Shown: one piece after another, positions 40,118-52,734 of the stretch
How the letters are laid out: each line of letters opens with the position of its first letter
Numbering within the stretch: the first letter of the stretch is position 1
Program-made: the position numbers and the translations under genes
Origin: Octopus vulgaris
Lineage: Eukaryota
Direction of reading: 5' to 3'
Length of the DNA stretch: 64,000 nucleotides
Assembly (NCBI GenBank): GCA_951406725.2
Contig: OX597814.1
Coordinates: forward strand, 207,080,001-207,144,000
Notes under the pieces: model-generated
What the model was told of the DNA's origin: nothing
Seen by the model: only the letters and a program-made list of their open reading frames with translations
Database searches by the model: none

Positions 40118-40794
40118 TAAGTATGGAAAACAATTAAATTTTGGAAAAATTAAATGAAAAGTTTTTGAAAGAATTTTTGCATAGAATTCAAATACAAGGG
40201 ACATTTTCCTTGTTTCTGTCTGTCTCTGTCTCTCTTGTTTACTCTTGTGGGTTCGAGGTCGTTGTGAATTCATGGCAGGGAAGAAGAAGAAGAAGAAGAA
40301 GAAGAAGAAGAAGAAGAAGAAGAAGAAGGAGAAGAAGAAGAAGAGAGGATGAGGAGGGGGAGGAAGAGAAGGAGAAGAATGAAGGAGTGTCGTGATTGTA
40401 GTAGGATGTTAAATGGTCAAGTGCCCTGAAAGTGACTTGTTGTGGATGGTAGTAGTGATTGAATTATTGAGACATCTCTTTTGAATGTATTGTTTATAAA
40501 ATTGGCGTTGGTGTTATTCTAACCAGCAACAGTGGTAAAGTTAGGAAGGAGGTGGCGGAGGGGAATAAGACGAAGAAGAAGAAGGAGAAAGGGAAGGAAG
40601 AATAAGAAGGAATGTAGGTGGTATGATTGCAGTAGGATGTTAAATGGTAAAGTGACCTAAAAGTGACTCGTTATGGATTATAGCAGTGATTGGAACTGTT
40701 TTTTAATGAATTCTTGGGAATCTCTTAAGTGTATCATTTTTAATATTTGCGTGTGATGAAGACAAATATCCGTCAAATGTAAATAATATATATG

Positions 40795-40838
<44 letters not shown>

Positions 40839-40897
40839 CATAGTAGAAATGTGTTACAAAAAGAAAATATAAAATATAAAATACACGTGGAAATGTA

Positions 40898-41073
40898 AGG
40901 GGAAAATAAGAGAAATCAACGAAAATGCATATTGTAAATAAAAATAGAAAAGGCTTTTTATGAAGAGTAACGACAGATATATACATGTATATATCTGTCG
41001 TTACCTTTCATAAAAAGCCTTTTCTTCTTTTATTTACAATGTGCATTTTCGTTGATTTTCCTTATTTTCCCCC
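40898..41073. repeat. Spacerless ~88-bp-arm fold-back palindrome
   Basis: Centre ..gtaacgacagatatatacatgtatatatctgtcgttac.. at 40985/40986; the arms pair with few mismatches. Confidence 0.9.
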
Positions 41074-41087
41074 TATATATATATAGA

Positions 41088-41260
41088 TCGTTAGCCACTA
41101 CACACATTTTTTCTCTCCTTGTTTTTTCTGTCTCCCTTTCTGTAGAAGAGCGTAGGTTCGAAATGTAAAAGACTTTTTCTATTCCTGAGCGTTATACTAG
41201 TACATCTGTTTGTTTTGTACACCACCTGCCTTCGTCTTTTGTTTTTCGTAAACTCTCCCT
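41088..41260 (+). mobile_element. Penelope pLTR solo fragment
   Basis: Homologous to the reverse complement of 44775-44975. Confidence 0.75.
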
Positions 41261-41261
41261 A

Positions 41262-41433
<172 letters not shown>

Positions 41434-41490
41434 GTATGTATGTATGTATGTATGTATGTATGTATGTATGTATGTATGTATATATATATA

Positions 41491-41550
<60 letters not shown>

Positions 41551-41832
41551 CTATGATCCAGGGATTGAGGTGCAAGAAGAAAGTATTCTTCATGCAATCC
41601 ATAGTAGATATAAAACAACAATTTATAGGGACTGTAGTGGTTTATTGAGACAGAAGGTTGTGGATTTCTTTTGTATCGAAGTACGATAAACAGAAAACGT
41701 TCCTTTTATATTTCACGGTATGTGAACAGGGTTGCCAGCTGTCCGTGTACGGATTCAAGAGTTACTGAATGGAGTAGATTAGATCCTAGCTGTAACCCTG
41801 ATCATGTCTGCACCATTCTGTAACTCTTGCCT

Positions 41833-42465
41833 GTGGAGGCGCAATGGCCCAGTGGTTAGGGCAGCGGACTCGCGGTCGTAAGATCGCGGTTTCGATTCCC
41901 AGACCGGGCGTTGTGAGTGTACTTAAGGCTACACGAGGCTCCGGCAGGGATGGTGGTGATCCCTGCTGTATTCTTTCACCACAACTTTCTCTCACTCTTA
42001 CTTCCTGTTTCTGTTGTACCTGTATTTCAAAGAGCCGGCCTTGTCACTCTCTGTGTCACGCTGAATATCCCCGAGAACTACGTTAAGGGTACACGCGTCT
42101 GTGGAGTGCTCAGCCACTTACACGTTAATTTGTGAAGGCGCATGGCTCAGTGGTTAGAGCGTCGAGCTTACGATCGTGAGGTTGTGAGCTCGAATCCCGG
42201 ACCGGGCTGCGTGTTGTGTTCTTGAGCAAGGCACTTTATTTCACGTTGCTCCAGTTCACTCAGCTGTAGAAATGAGTTGTCAATGGTGCGAAGCTGTATC
42301 GACCTTTGTCTTTCCCTTGGATAACACTGGTGGTATGGAGAGGGGAGGCTGGTATGCATGGGCGACTGCTGGTCTTCCATAAACAACCTTGCCCGGACTT
42401 GTGTCTAGGAGAGTAACTTTCTAGGTGCAATCCCATGGTCATTCATGACCGAAGGGGGTCTTTAC

Positions 42466-42468
<3 letters not shown>
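41833..42468 (+). mobile_element. Two adjacent/nested tRNA-derived SINEs (family C and a relative)
   Basis: Box A/B heads at 41836-41910 and 42132-42210; bodies share blocks with 700-1030. Confidence 0.85.
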
Positions 42469-42506
<38 letters not shown>

Positions 42507-42603
42507 TAAAAAAGATAAGACAACAAAAGAAAGATTCCTCGATATTATGTAGATAGAGGAATTTATCTGTAAATGTAATATGTGATAATTATTCGGTTGC
42601 CCT

Positions 42604-42664
42604 GATAATACTCCGAGTTTCGGATGCCGAGGTGGAAAACCACGCCTCCATCTCTTCAGTTATC
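42604..42664 (-). ncRNA. Hammerhead motif in a Penelope pLTR (with short inverted duplicate to ~42715)
   Basis: GATAA-CTGAAGA-GATG...CATC-CGAAA-CTCGGAG-TA-TTATC; related to 17763-17823 and 19168-19228. Confidence 0.7.
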
Positions 42665-43383
42665 CGGCCATTTTTCCGATGGCCGAAGAGATGGCGGTGT
42701 GGTTTTCCACCTCGGATAGATATATCACTGAGAGCAATAGATTTAGTTGGCGGTCTTGTTATCTCTATTCTAGCTTTTGTTGAAGTAGAAGAGGTTAGAA
42801 AGGGTCAAGTAGTGAAAACATTATTTCGGCCTAGCTAAAGGCATCTGGAAAACGTAAAATTGCTGTCAGAGAAGAACCATTGTTCCACCGTGGGAAAAGT
42901 TCTGGAGCAGTGTTAATTTAAATTTGGCTATAGTGGATCATTTTGGCCGCTATGGGCTTTGCACTAAATCACTAAATCATCCATAACTTTTGTATTATCC
43001 TCTCAAATTACACCAAAATCTCAGACAATAACAATTAATATCGTATTTATTGTGTGTGAAAATTATAGAAACTAAAACAACTTTGATAAAAACTTATACC
43101 TACTTTTTTGACAAAAACAATGCCGTTCTGAACATTTTGGCCGCAACTGTATATAAATCTAAGATCCAGTGACCGAGGTCTAAGAATAAAGTTATCTTCA
43201 AGCAATCCGTAGTCAATATTACAAAAAAAAATCTTTCAGAGATAGCGCTTTATTGAGACGGAAGTTTGTGGATTTTTCTCGTATCGAAGTAAGATAAGCT
43301 GAAGAAGTTGTTTTTATATTTCACGGTAGGCGACCAGGTTTGACGGGTGTCCGAATAAAAACACAGGGTTTACTCCATAACTC

Positions 43384-43476
<93 letters not shown>

Positions 43477-43504
43477 TGTGTGTATGTGTGCGTGCGTGTA
43501 TAAA

Positions 43505-44461
<957 letters not shown>

Positions 44462-44468
44462 GACATAT

Positions 44469-44505
<37 letters not shown>

Positions 44506-44654
44506 ACATATATATATACATATAAATACACACATATATGTATGTATGTGTATGTATATATACATAGATAGATATATGTAACAACAAACAATGCACAATC
44601 TTATCTTTATTTCAGGTCACACCAAAAAACCAGCCATTGTTTTAATTGCAGTAA

Positions 44655-44714
<60 letters not shown>

Positions 44715-44724
44715 AACATATGCA

Positions 44725-44774
<50 letters not shown>

Positions 44775-44777
<3 letters not shown>

Positions 44778-47676
44778 CGGGAAGCTTTATGAAAATAAAC
44801 AAAAGACGAAGGCAGGTGGAAAACAAACGAACAATTGTATTAGTATGGCGCTCAGGAAATATAAATAAAACAAGTCTTTAACGTTTCGAGCCTACGCTCT
44901 TCAACAGAAAGATACACAGAGAGAGAAAAACACAGAAAGAAGGAGAGAAAAAAAATGCGTGCAGTAGCTAACGAATCAACATGGCGATCTGATTTCGGCC
45001 AGAGGTCAAAGATCAAACATGAGACGCGAGAGCGAAATAAGGGGAGATAATAGGGTTGATAAATGGGTTGAGGGACCAGCTAAAAGTGCGTGGGAGGGGT
45101 CTGGATGTGTGTATGTATAGGGTTGGTGTATGTATTAGTATGTATAAGGGTGTGTGTGTGTGTGTGTGTATGAGAGAGTATTAGTGCGTAAGATTGGTCT
45201 GGACGTGCGTATGTATGGGGTTGGTGTATGTATTAGTATGTATTAGTATGTATTAGTACGTATTGGTATGTATAGGTGTGTGTGTGTGAGAGAGAGTATA
45301 AGTGCGTATGCGGGGTCTGGACGTGTGTATGTATAGGGTTGGTGTAAGTATTAGTATGTACTAGTATGTACTAGTACGTATTAGTATGTATTAGTTGGTG
45401 TGTGTATTAGTATGGCACATCATATGTGATGTGATGTGTAAAGTCATGTGGTGTAGTGAGGAGAAGAGGGGGAGGGGAGAAGAGGGGGAGAGAAGGGGAG
45501 GGGAAGAAGAGGGGGAGGAGAAGGGGGAGAGGAGAGGATGGGGGAGAAGGAAGGGGATGAGGGGGATGAAGGAGGAAAGAGGGAGAGGGGGAGAGAGAAG
45601 GGGAGAGAGGGAGTGAGGGAGCAGAGGGAAGGGGAAGAGGGTGGGGAGAAAGAGGGAAGAAGGGAAGGGGAGTAGGGGTGAAAGGATGAAGGACTGAAGA
45701 AGTAGGGGTCGGGGGAGAAAGGATAGGTGAGGAGGGGGAGAGGGGGGTTAGATGAGGAGGGGGGAGAGTTGAGACCAAATGGCGTATAAGAGCGAAGAGA
45801 GAAGATTAATTCCTGTTCACGGCGCAAACGGGAATCCGGATGGCCTCTGTGTAAGGACAAACCGAACACAGATAGGTGTTGCAAGGAGTGACCGGTGGAG
45901 CGGAAATGGCGTGAGACCGGTGTGTCGTTCGCAAGGTGGATGTCACGAAGGTGTTCCGCGAACCGGTCAGCCAAGCGGCGTCCCGTTTGTCCGATGTACA
46001 AGGAATTGCAGAGAGAGCAAGAGATGCAATAGATAATATTGCTGGAGGTGCAGGTGAAGGAGTGGATGATGGGATAGGGTCGATAGTGGGTGCTAGTGAG
46101 GCGGGTGGTGTTGGAGAGGTAAGGGCAAGTGCGGCAACGTGGGCGGGAGCAGGGGAACGAGCCGGGTTGGGAGGTAGGGTCAGGGAAGGAGCTATGGACC
46201 AAAAGGTCTCGAAGGTTGTGGGCTCGTTTGAAAGAGGGGAGGGGTCGGTTAGGGAAGAGGTGTGAAGTGGACGGGTCGGACTGGAGATGACGGAAAGCTC
46301 GAAGAATGGTGCGTTGGAGACGTAGGGTCGTGGGGTGGTAAGTGAGGGGAAAAGGGAGGCGGGAGACTACAGGGCGGGTTCGGGGAGAGAGAGCAGATAC
46401 ACGGTCCACGGACCGTGCTCTGGCAAGGGCGGTGTGGATAGTGGTGAGGGGGGTATCCACGTAGGGTGAAGTGGTGAGCCATACGTTGAGACTGAGTCTC
46501 AAAGTCATGGTCGTCACTACAGAGCCTACGTAGACGGAGGAATTGGGAATAGGGGATGGAAAGCTTGGTGTGTTCTGGGTGGGAGGAAGAGAAGTTGAGG
46601 TATGAGTGTGAGTCTGTGTGTTTGTAGTGAATGGAGGTGGTAAGAGTGGAGTGAAGAATGCTAACCGAAATGTCGAGGAAGGAGACAGAGGTGTTGGAGA
46701 TAGTGGAAGTGAAGTGGAGGGCTGGATGGAAAGATTGGACGAAAGAGAGGAAGGAATCTAGATGTTCGCGGGAGAGTGAGGTGGCACCGATAATGTCGTC
46801 AATATAACGACCATATAGTTCAGGAGTGGGACCAGTGAAATTAGAGAATATTTGGGCCTCAACATAGCCAACGAACAGGTTCGCATAGTTGGGGCCCATT
46901 CGCGTTCCCATGGCCACTCCCGAGACCTGATGGTAGAACTCGCCCGCGAACGAGAAGCAGTTCAGAGTAAGGACAAGTTCGGCCAGACGAATGAGTGTGG
47001 AGGTGTCAGGTACAGGGTTAGAGCGGAGGTCAAGAAAGTGTCGAAGGGCCTGCAGTCCTTCGTGGTGAGGGATAACAGTATAGAGGCTTTGGATGTCCAT
47101 AGTAAAAAGGATTTTGGAGGAGCCGGGAGGAAAGGAGAAAGAGTTGAAAAGCCGGAGAGCATGGTTGGTATCGTGGATGTGGGAGGGAAGAGATGCCACT
47201 AGGGGGGCAAGGACACGGTCGAGGTATTTAGAGATGAGCTCCGTGGGGCAGTTACAGGCGGAGACGATGGGGCGGCCAGGGTTGTTGGGTTTGTGGATTT
47301 TGGGGAGGAAGTAAATGGTGGGGGTACGTGGGGTTCGCACAATTAGGTTGGATGCGGTGCGGGGGAGACGGGAGGACGAGATGAGGTCTTGGACAGTAGA
47401 GGATACCGTCTGTTGGTAGCTACGTGTGGGGTTAGAGGGCAGAGGGGAATAGAAGGAGGTGTCATTGAGTTGGCGGAAAGCCTCGGCCCTATAGAGGTCC
47501 GCGCGCCACACCACTACAGCTCCACCCTTGTCAGCCGGTTTGATGATAATGTCAGCGCGCCGTTGGAGGGAACGAAGAGCCAAGAGCTCAGCCGGGGAGA
47601 TGTTGAGGCGGCGTTGGCGCCTGGAGAAGTTGAACCGCTCCAATGCACGCTGACAAGCGCCCGCGAAAAGATCCAC
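44775..47676 (-). mobile_element. Penelope-like element (Neptune-like), 5'-truncated, with 3' pLTR and hammerhead motif (~44875-44910)
   Basis: IIKPADKGGAVVV, YFLPKIHK, RPIVS, FTMDIQSLYT, GVAMGT, RYIDD, FLDI, then CSRPRCRTC, FTCTSSNIIYCISC, LYIGQTGRRLADRFAEH. Confidence 0.92.
45444..47676 (-). pseudogene. Penelope RT + GIY-YIG ORF split by one frameshift at ~46450
   Basis: ORFs 46249-47676 and 45444-46517 join (LRGYP|LTTIHTAL) if one G of the G6 run at 46448-46453 is removed. Confidence 0.85.
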
Positions 47677-47699
47677 TGCTACACGTGTATATATATTCT

Positions 47700-48000
47700 T
47701 TTATTCTTTTATATGTTTGAGATGACTGCGGCCAAGCTGCAGCACAGCCTTTAGTCGAAAACTCCAAAACTTATTCTTTGTAAGCCTGGTACTTATTCTA
47801 TCGATATCTTTTACAGAACCGCTAGGTTACGGAGACATAAACACACCAACGTCGGTTGTGAAGCGATGGTGGGGGTATAACTCCCGACACACAGGCACAC
47901 ACGCGCAAACACACACATAAACAACAGGCTTCTTTCAGTTTCGCTCTACCAAATCCACTCACAAGGCGTTGGTCAGCCCGAGGCTATAGTGGAAGACACT
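47700..48000 (-). mobile_element. SINE family A, 5'-truncated
   Basis: Body and tail match 38845-39245. Confidence 0.8.
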
Positions 48001-48109
48001 AATAACTAGGAAAATATGTGTGTGTGTCCACGTGTGTTTTTGCGCGCGCACGCATGTGTGTGTATGTGTGTGTGTGCGTACCATATATATACATATATAT
48101 ATATTCTTT

Positions 48110-48329
48110 TACTATTTTACTCTTTTACTTGTTTCACTGATCTGATTGCGGCAATGCTGGATCACCAGCTTTAATCGAATAAATCGATACAGGACTTATT
48201 CTTTGCACTCCTGGTACTTATTCTATCCCAATGTTTTTGCCGAACTGCTAAGTGTCGGGGACATAAATACACCAACAACGGTTGTCAAGCGAAGGGGGAC
48301 GGGGGACAAACACTGGCGCAAACAACAAA

Positions 48330-48375
<46 letters not shown>

Positions 48376-48537
48376 AGGGGATTCTTTCAGTTTCCATCTA
48401 CCAAATCCACTCTCAGGGCTTTGGTCGATCCGAGGCTACAGTGGGAGACACTTGCCCAAAGTACCACGTAGTAGGACTGAATCCAGAACTATGTGGTTGG
48501 TAAGCAAGGTTCTTACGAAACAGCCACTCCTGCGCCT
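48110..48537 (-). mobile_element. SINE family A
   Basis: Full-length match to 38845-39245. Confidence 0.85.
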
Positions 48538-48604
<67 letters not shown>

Positions 48605-48777
48605 GCAAATAAGAAAATGGAGTGGATACCAAACGGCAAGCATCATCCGGTAGACATTCCAGTGTGTCTGTTTATTCGAAAGCATTAGAAAGTATTAGAA
48701 GAAAACATACACATGTAGTAACCATGTGTTACACACACATGTATTAATATTACAGGAAAGAGCAAAAGATCAGTTCC

Positions 48778-48838
48778 TTACGGCCGTTTCTGCTAAGAGG
48801 CAACGAAATCCTACATGCCATCTCCATCTCTTCAGTGT
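48778..48838 (-). ncRNA. Hammerhead-like motif in a probable Penelope remnant (~48690-49400)
   Basis: CTGAAGA...GAAAC-GGCC-GTA; stem II is poorly paired. Confidence 0.5.
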
Positions 48839-49434
48839 TCTGTAGGGATGGGCAGATAAGTTTTGGATCATGAGTGTGCCTCTAGGCTGCTTCAGAGGGT
48901 CTAAGTGGTTAGGAGGGCTAATACATATAATTAACAATTAACAATAGGTGCAGTGTATTTGTCATTATAGAAAAGAGCAGAAAAACAATAGGAGCAAACA
49001 TGAGACTGTGAGAGCAGGACAACTTATTGAAATGAATTAGGTACAGAAAGGGGAAATAAGCTACGAACTTCCCTTGGTGTAATCCAGGATCCATGTTATT
49101 CCATCCAATGGTGGATAGATGAGTATAGTCGTTCTTGGGAGGAGTTTTTAGGAAGGGCGAATTTAGGCATTAGTTCGCATTATGTTTGCATAGAAATTCA
49201 CATTATGTTTACATAGAAATAAAGTGGTGGATTTGAAGGAACCGTCCGTGTTACAGAGGTGAAAGTTCATATGTAAAGTGCCAGCTAGTAGGTTCGAATT
49301 TGCGGATGGAATGGCATAAGCAGCCTATGATGGTGAACCCACCATGGGAAAATTTGGTATATCAGCGTACTAATGAGAGTAAGGAACCAGATGGTGACTA
49401 AAAGGCACTATATATATGTATATGTATGTATGTA

Positions 49435-49597
49435 TGCGACGGGATTCTTTTAGTTTCCATCTACCAAATCCACTCACAAGGCTTTGGTCAGTCCGAGGCT
49501 ATAGTGGAAGACACTTGCTCAAGATGCCACGTAGTAGGACTGAACCTAGAACCATGTGGTTGATAAGCAAGCTACTTACCACACAGCCACTCCTGCG

Positions 49598-49598
<1 letters not shown>
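49435..49598 (-). mobile_element. SINE family A, 5' part
   Basis: Close match to 48375-48537. Confidence 0.8.
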
Positions 49599-49646
<48 letters not shown>

Positions 49647-49737
49647 ATTGATTGATTGATTGATTGATTCTAGTTTCAGCTTATGAGCTGTGGCCATGCT
49701 GGGGCACCGCCATTTGGTGTTGCTACTTGGTTTCACT

Positions 49738-52734
49738 TCATGGAAGCTTTCTAGCAACTGCTATTTGGTGCATGAGAGAGTTCGATGCAGCTGCCATCAT
49801 CTGCCCCTCCTGCCGTGAAGTTGGTTCATCTGGGACACCTGACAGGAAGAGATCCAGCTTCATTTTAAAGACATCTGTATCCACCCCATGCAGGTCTCTC
49901 AGGTTCTTCGGGAGGATATTGAAGAGCTGTGGGCCTCGGAAGCCCAGGCTATCACAGAATCTTGTCCTACATCTTGATGGCAGGTTTGGAGTCCTAGGCA
50001 CCACGCAGTGGCGCCCAGTTCTGGCATTTGCGTAACTCTCGATGCCAAAGTTCAGGACACTTCCCTCCAGGATCTTCCAGATGTATATTATGGCATATCT
50101 TTCCCGCCTACGCTCCAGGGAATATAATTTTAATCTCTTGAGTCTTTCCCAGTAGCTTACATTCTGCATAGAGGCTATCTTCTTTGTGTAGCTTCGTTGG
50201 ATCGCCTCAAGTTCTGTGATCAACTTGACACTGGATGGTGACCATAGCTGAGAGCAATAGTCAAAGTGGCTTAGGACAAGTGTCTTCCAGAGGACCATCA
50301 TGGTTTCTTGTTCTCTTGTTCTAAAGGTTCTAAGAATCCATCCAGCCAGCCGTCTACATTTCATTGTCAGTTTAGCAACATGTACATGAAAGGTCGCGTC
50401 ATCACTCATGTGAATACCCAGGTCACGCACTGATTGTGCCTCTGGGATTGCAATCCCTCCGGGTCCAGTGTATTCATTGGGTATTGCATTCAGTTTTGCA
50501 TGCTGATAGTATAAAGCTTGAAACTTTCCAGCATTGAACTGCATGCTATTCTTTTCAGCCCACTTGTATATTTCGTCCAGCTCACATTGCAGGTGTTTAG
50601 TGTCCTCAGGGTTCTGTATTGCCTGTGAAACTTTTGTATCATCTGCATAACTTGTGATCGTGGCTCTCTGCGTGGCTGAGGGCATGTCTGAGAGGGCCAT
50701 TATGAACAGTAGTGGTCCCAGAACAGTGCCCTGCGGAACACCGCTCACTATTTGTGTGTTAATGGAGGTGGCCCCATTGGCTACTACCATCTGACTTCTA
50801 TCCTTCAGAAAGTCATGAAGCCATTCTCCCAGTTTTCCAACTATGTTGAGATCACGCAGTTTGTGACATATCATTCCATGATCGACTTTATCAAAGGCCT
50901 TTGCAAAGTCGAGATATATCACTTCCACATTTGAGTGGTTGAGCAGCCGTTTCAGCACCCAGTCATAGTGTTGTAGGAGCTGAGTTAAACAGCTTCTCCC
51001 TGGTCGGAAACCATGTTGGGTGTCGGGCAGCAAGTCATTCTCTTCAAGGAAGGTGATCAGCTTCCTTCTGACTATTCGTTCCATGACCTTGCTGATGTGT
51101 GAGGTCAGAGAGATAGGTCTATAGTTCTTGGCTTCCGCTCTGCTACCTCCTTTATGAATGGGGCATATTTTACCTTCCTTCAGTTTTCCTGGAAGTTTGC
51201 CAGCTGCAAGGAAGCTCTGAAAGAGGAACTGCAGTGGTCTTGCTAGGACTCTCTTACATGCTTTTAGGAGGATTGCCGGGAATCCATCGGGGCCAGTAGC
51301 TGAGTCTGTTTTCATTTCATCTATAGCCTTCGTTACATCGTCTTCCTTTATATCGATGTAATCTATCGTCGCCGCCTCTGATTTTATATCTGCAGTGGTA
51401 AAAAAGTCAGTTGGATTGGTGATTTGGAGATGCCCAAGGGGTGGAGTGAAAACACTCTTGAATTGCTCATTCAGTATTTCACTTACCCTCATTGGTTTTC
51501 CTGTAAGTGTGCCATCCTTTTCGAGGAGTGGCCCTATTCTACAGTGCACTGTAGCTGTTTCTTTGGCATACCTGTAGAAAGCTCTGGGGTTAGATTTTAT
51601 GTTTTCTATAGCCCAGGCTTCTTTGTCTGTTCTTTCTTTTTCATGGGAGAGTTGCAGACATTTTTCGATTTCCAACAGTTTTATTTTTAGGCGGGACTTT
51701 TCACTGCTTTCAATCTGTTTGTTTAGGCGATTTGAAAATTTCGTACGCCGTCTCATTAAAATTTTCCTCTCTCTGGGGATTTTGTTCTTGTGTACAGTGG
51801 CCTTTCTCTCTGGGACACATTTGTAGCATATGGCTTGCATTACAGACATGAATTGTTGAAGTTTCACGTCGATGTCTGGCGAGGAGAGACATTTAGGCCA
51901 GTTTTGTTTGAGGATCTCTTTCTCAATTTGTTTCCAGTTTGCCTTATGGTAGTTCAAGCTGGAAAGATTTTGAGGGTTTCTTGTAGGCTGCATGTCCGTG
52001 CTCTCTTTTGGCCCGTACATGGTCAGCTCTATCATGTTGTGATCCGAGAGTAGTGTCGGTGTCACTTTCACATTATGGATGAGATCCATGTCATTTGTGA
52101 AGCAGAGATCCAGTGTGTTACCTGCCCTGGTTGGTTGGAGTATTACCTGCTCCATGTACAGGGTGTTGGTGAGGTTCAGGAGGGACCTCGCCTGTCCTCG
52201 TTCACATCTTGTCATTCCTGGGAGAGAAAGGCCCTCGGGCCATCTGACATTGGGCAGATTGAAGTCTCCCATAAGAAGCACACCTATGTGTTGTTCTAAT
52301 GTGGTTAGAATTTCTTCTATTTTTATAAGGCAGTCTTCAAACTTGCCCACATGGCTTGGGGCATCTGGAGGGCGATATGTAGCACACACAACTACATCAA
52401 GTTGCCTAATATGTACAATTAGTGTGTCACACACCGAGTTTGAGTATGACAAGAGGACCTGGGGTGTGAGGTCCTCACGGATGTACATAGCAACACCTCC
52501 ATGACTCCTTTCTTTCCTGTCGGTCCGTAGTACAGCATACTGTGGTATGTGTAACTCCGCATCTGCTATGTCCGGTTTCAGGTGCGTTTCTGTAAGTGCT
52601 ATGCATATGGCTTGATTGCATGCAACAAAGTCTCTCAGGAACGGGATCTTTGTCCTGTTACTGAGTGTTTGCAGTCCTCTGATGTTCAGTAGGAGTATCG
52701 AGGTGAGGTGTACGTTGTTGCCGGCGGTGTCCAT
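49738..52734 (-). CDS. LINE ORF2: AP endonuclease + reverse transcriptase (first ATG 52734; frame open from 52881)
   Basis: LLNIRGL, ALTETHL, YRPP, MGDFN, NTLDL, SDH (APE). GPDG, NYRPISL, QHGFR, YLDFAKAFDKV, SGVPQGTVLGP, YADD, RDLG, LERRR (RT, CR1-type C-terminus). Confidence 0.95.
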   Translation of the reverse strand: MDTAGNNVHLTSILLLNIRGLQTLSNRTKIPFLRDFVACNQAICIALTETHLKPDIADAELHIPQYAVLRTDRKERSHGGVAMYIREDLTPQVLLSYSNSVCDTLIVHIRQLDVVVCATYRPPDAPSHVGKFEDCLIKIEEILTTLEQHIGVLLMGDFNLPNVRWPEGLSLPGMTRCERGQARSLLNLTNTLYMEQVILQPTRAGNTLDLCFTNDMDLIHNVKVTPTLLSDHNMIELTMYGPKESTDMQPTRNPQNLSSLNYHKANWKQIEKEILKQNWPKCLSSPDIDVKLQQFMSVMQAICYKCVPERKATVHKNKIPRERKILMRRRTKFSNRLNKQIESSEKSRLKIKLLEIEKCLQLSHEKERTDKEAWAIENIKSNPRAFYRYAKETATVHCRIGPLLEKDGTLTGKPMRVSEILNEQFKSVFTPPLGHLQITNPTDFFTTADIKSEAATIDYIDIKEDDVTKAIDEMKTDSATGPDGFPAILLKACKRVLARPLQFLFQSFLAAGKLPGKLKEGKICPIHKGGSRAEAKNYRPISLTSHISKVMERIVRRKLITFLEENDLLPDTQHGFRPGRSCLTQLLQHYDWVLKRLLNHSNVEVIYLDFAKAFDKVDHGMICHKLRDLNIVGKLGEWLHDFLKDRSQMVVANGATSINTQIVSGVPQGTVLGPLLFIMALSDMPSATQRATITSYADDTKVSQAIQNPEDTKHLQCELDEIYKWAEKNSMQFNAGKFQALYYQHAKLNAIPNEYTGPGGIAIPEAQSVRDLGIHMSDDATFHVHVAKLTMKCRRLAGWILRTFRTREQETMMVLWKTLVLSHFDYCSQLWSPSSVKLITELEAIQRSYTKKIASMQNVSYWERLKRLKLYSLERRRERYAIIYIWKILEGSVLNFGIESYANARTGRHCVVPRTPNLPSRCRTRFCDSLGFRGPQLFNILPKNLRDLHGVDTDVFKMKLDLFLSGVPDEPTSRQEGQMMAAASNSLMHQIAVARKLP

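Noticed and set aside
41836-42210. tRNA genes
   Set aside because: Box A/B are present but the sequence runs into SINE bodies with dispersed copies; no clean cloverleaf or terminator.
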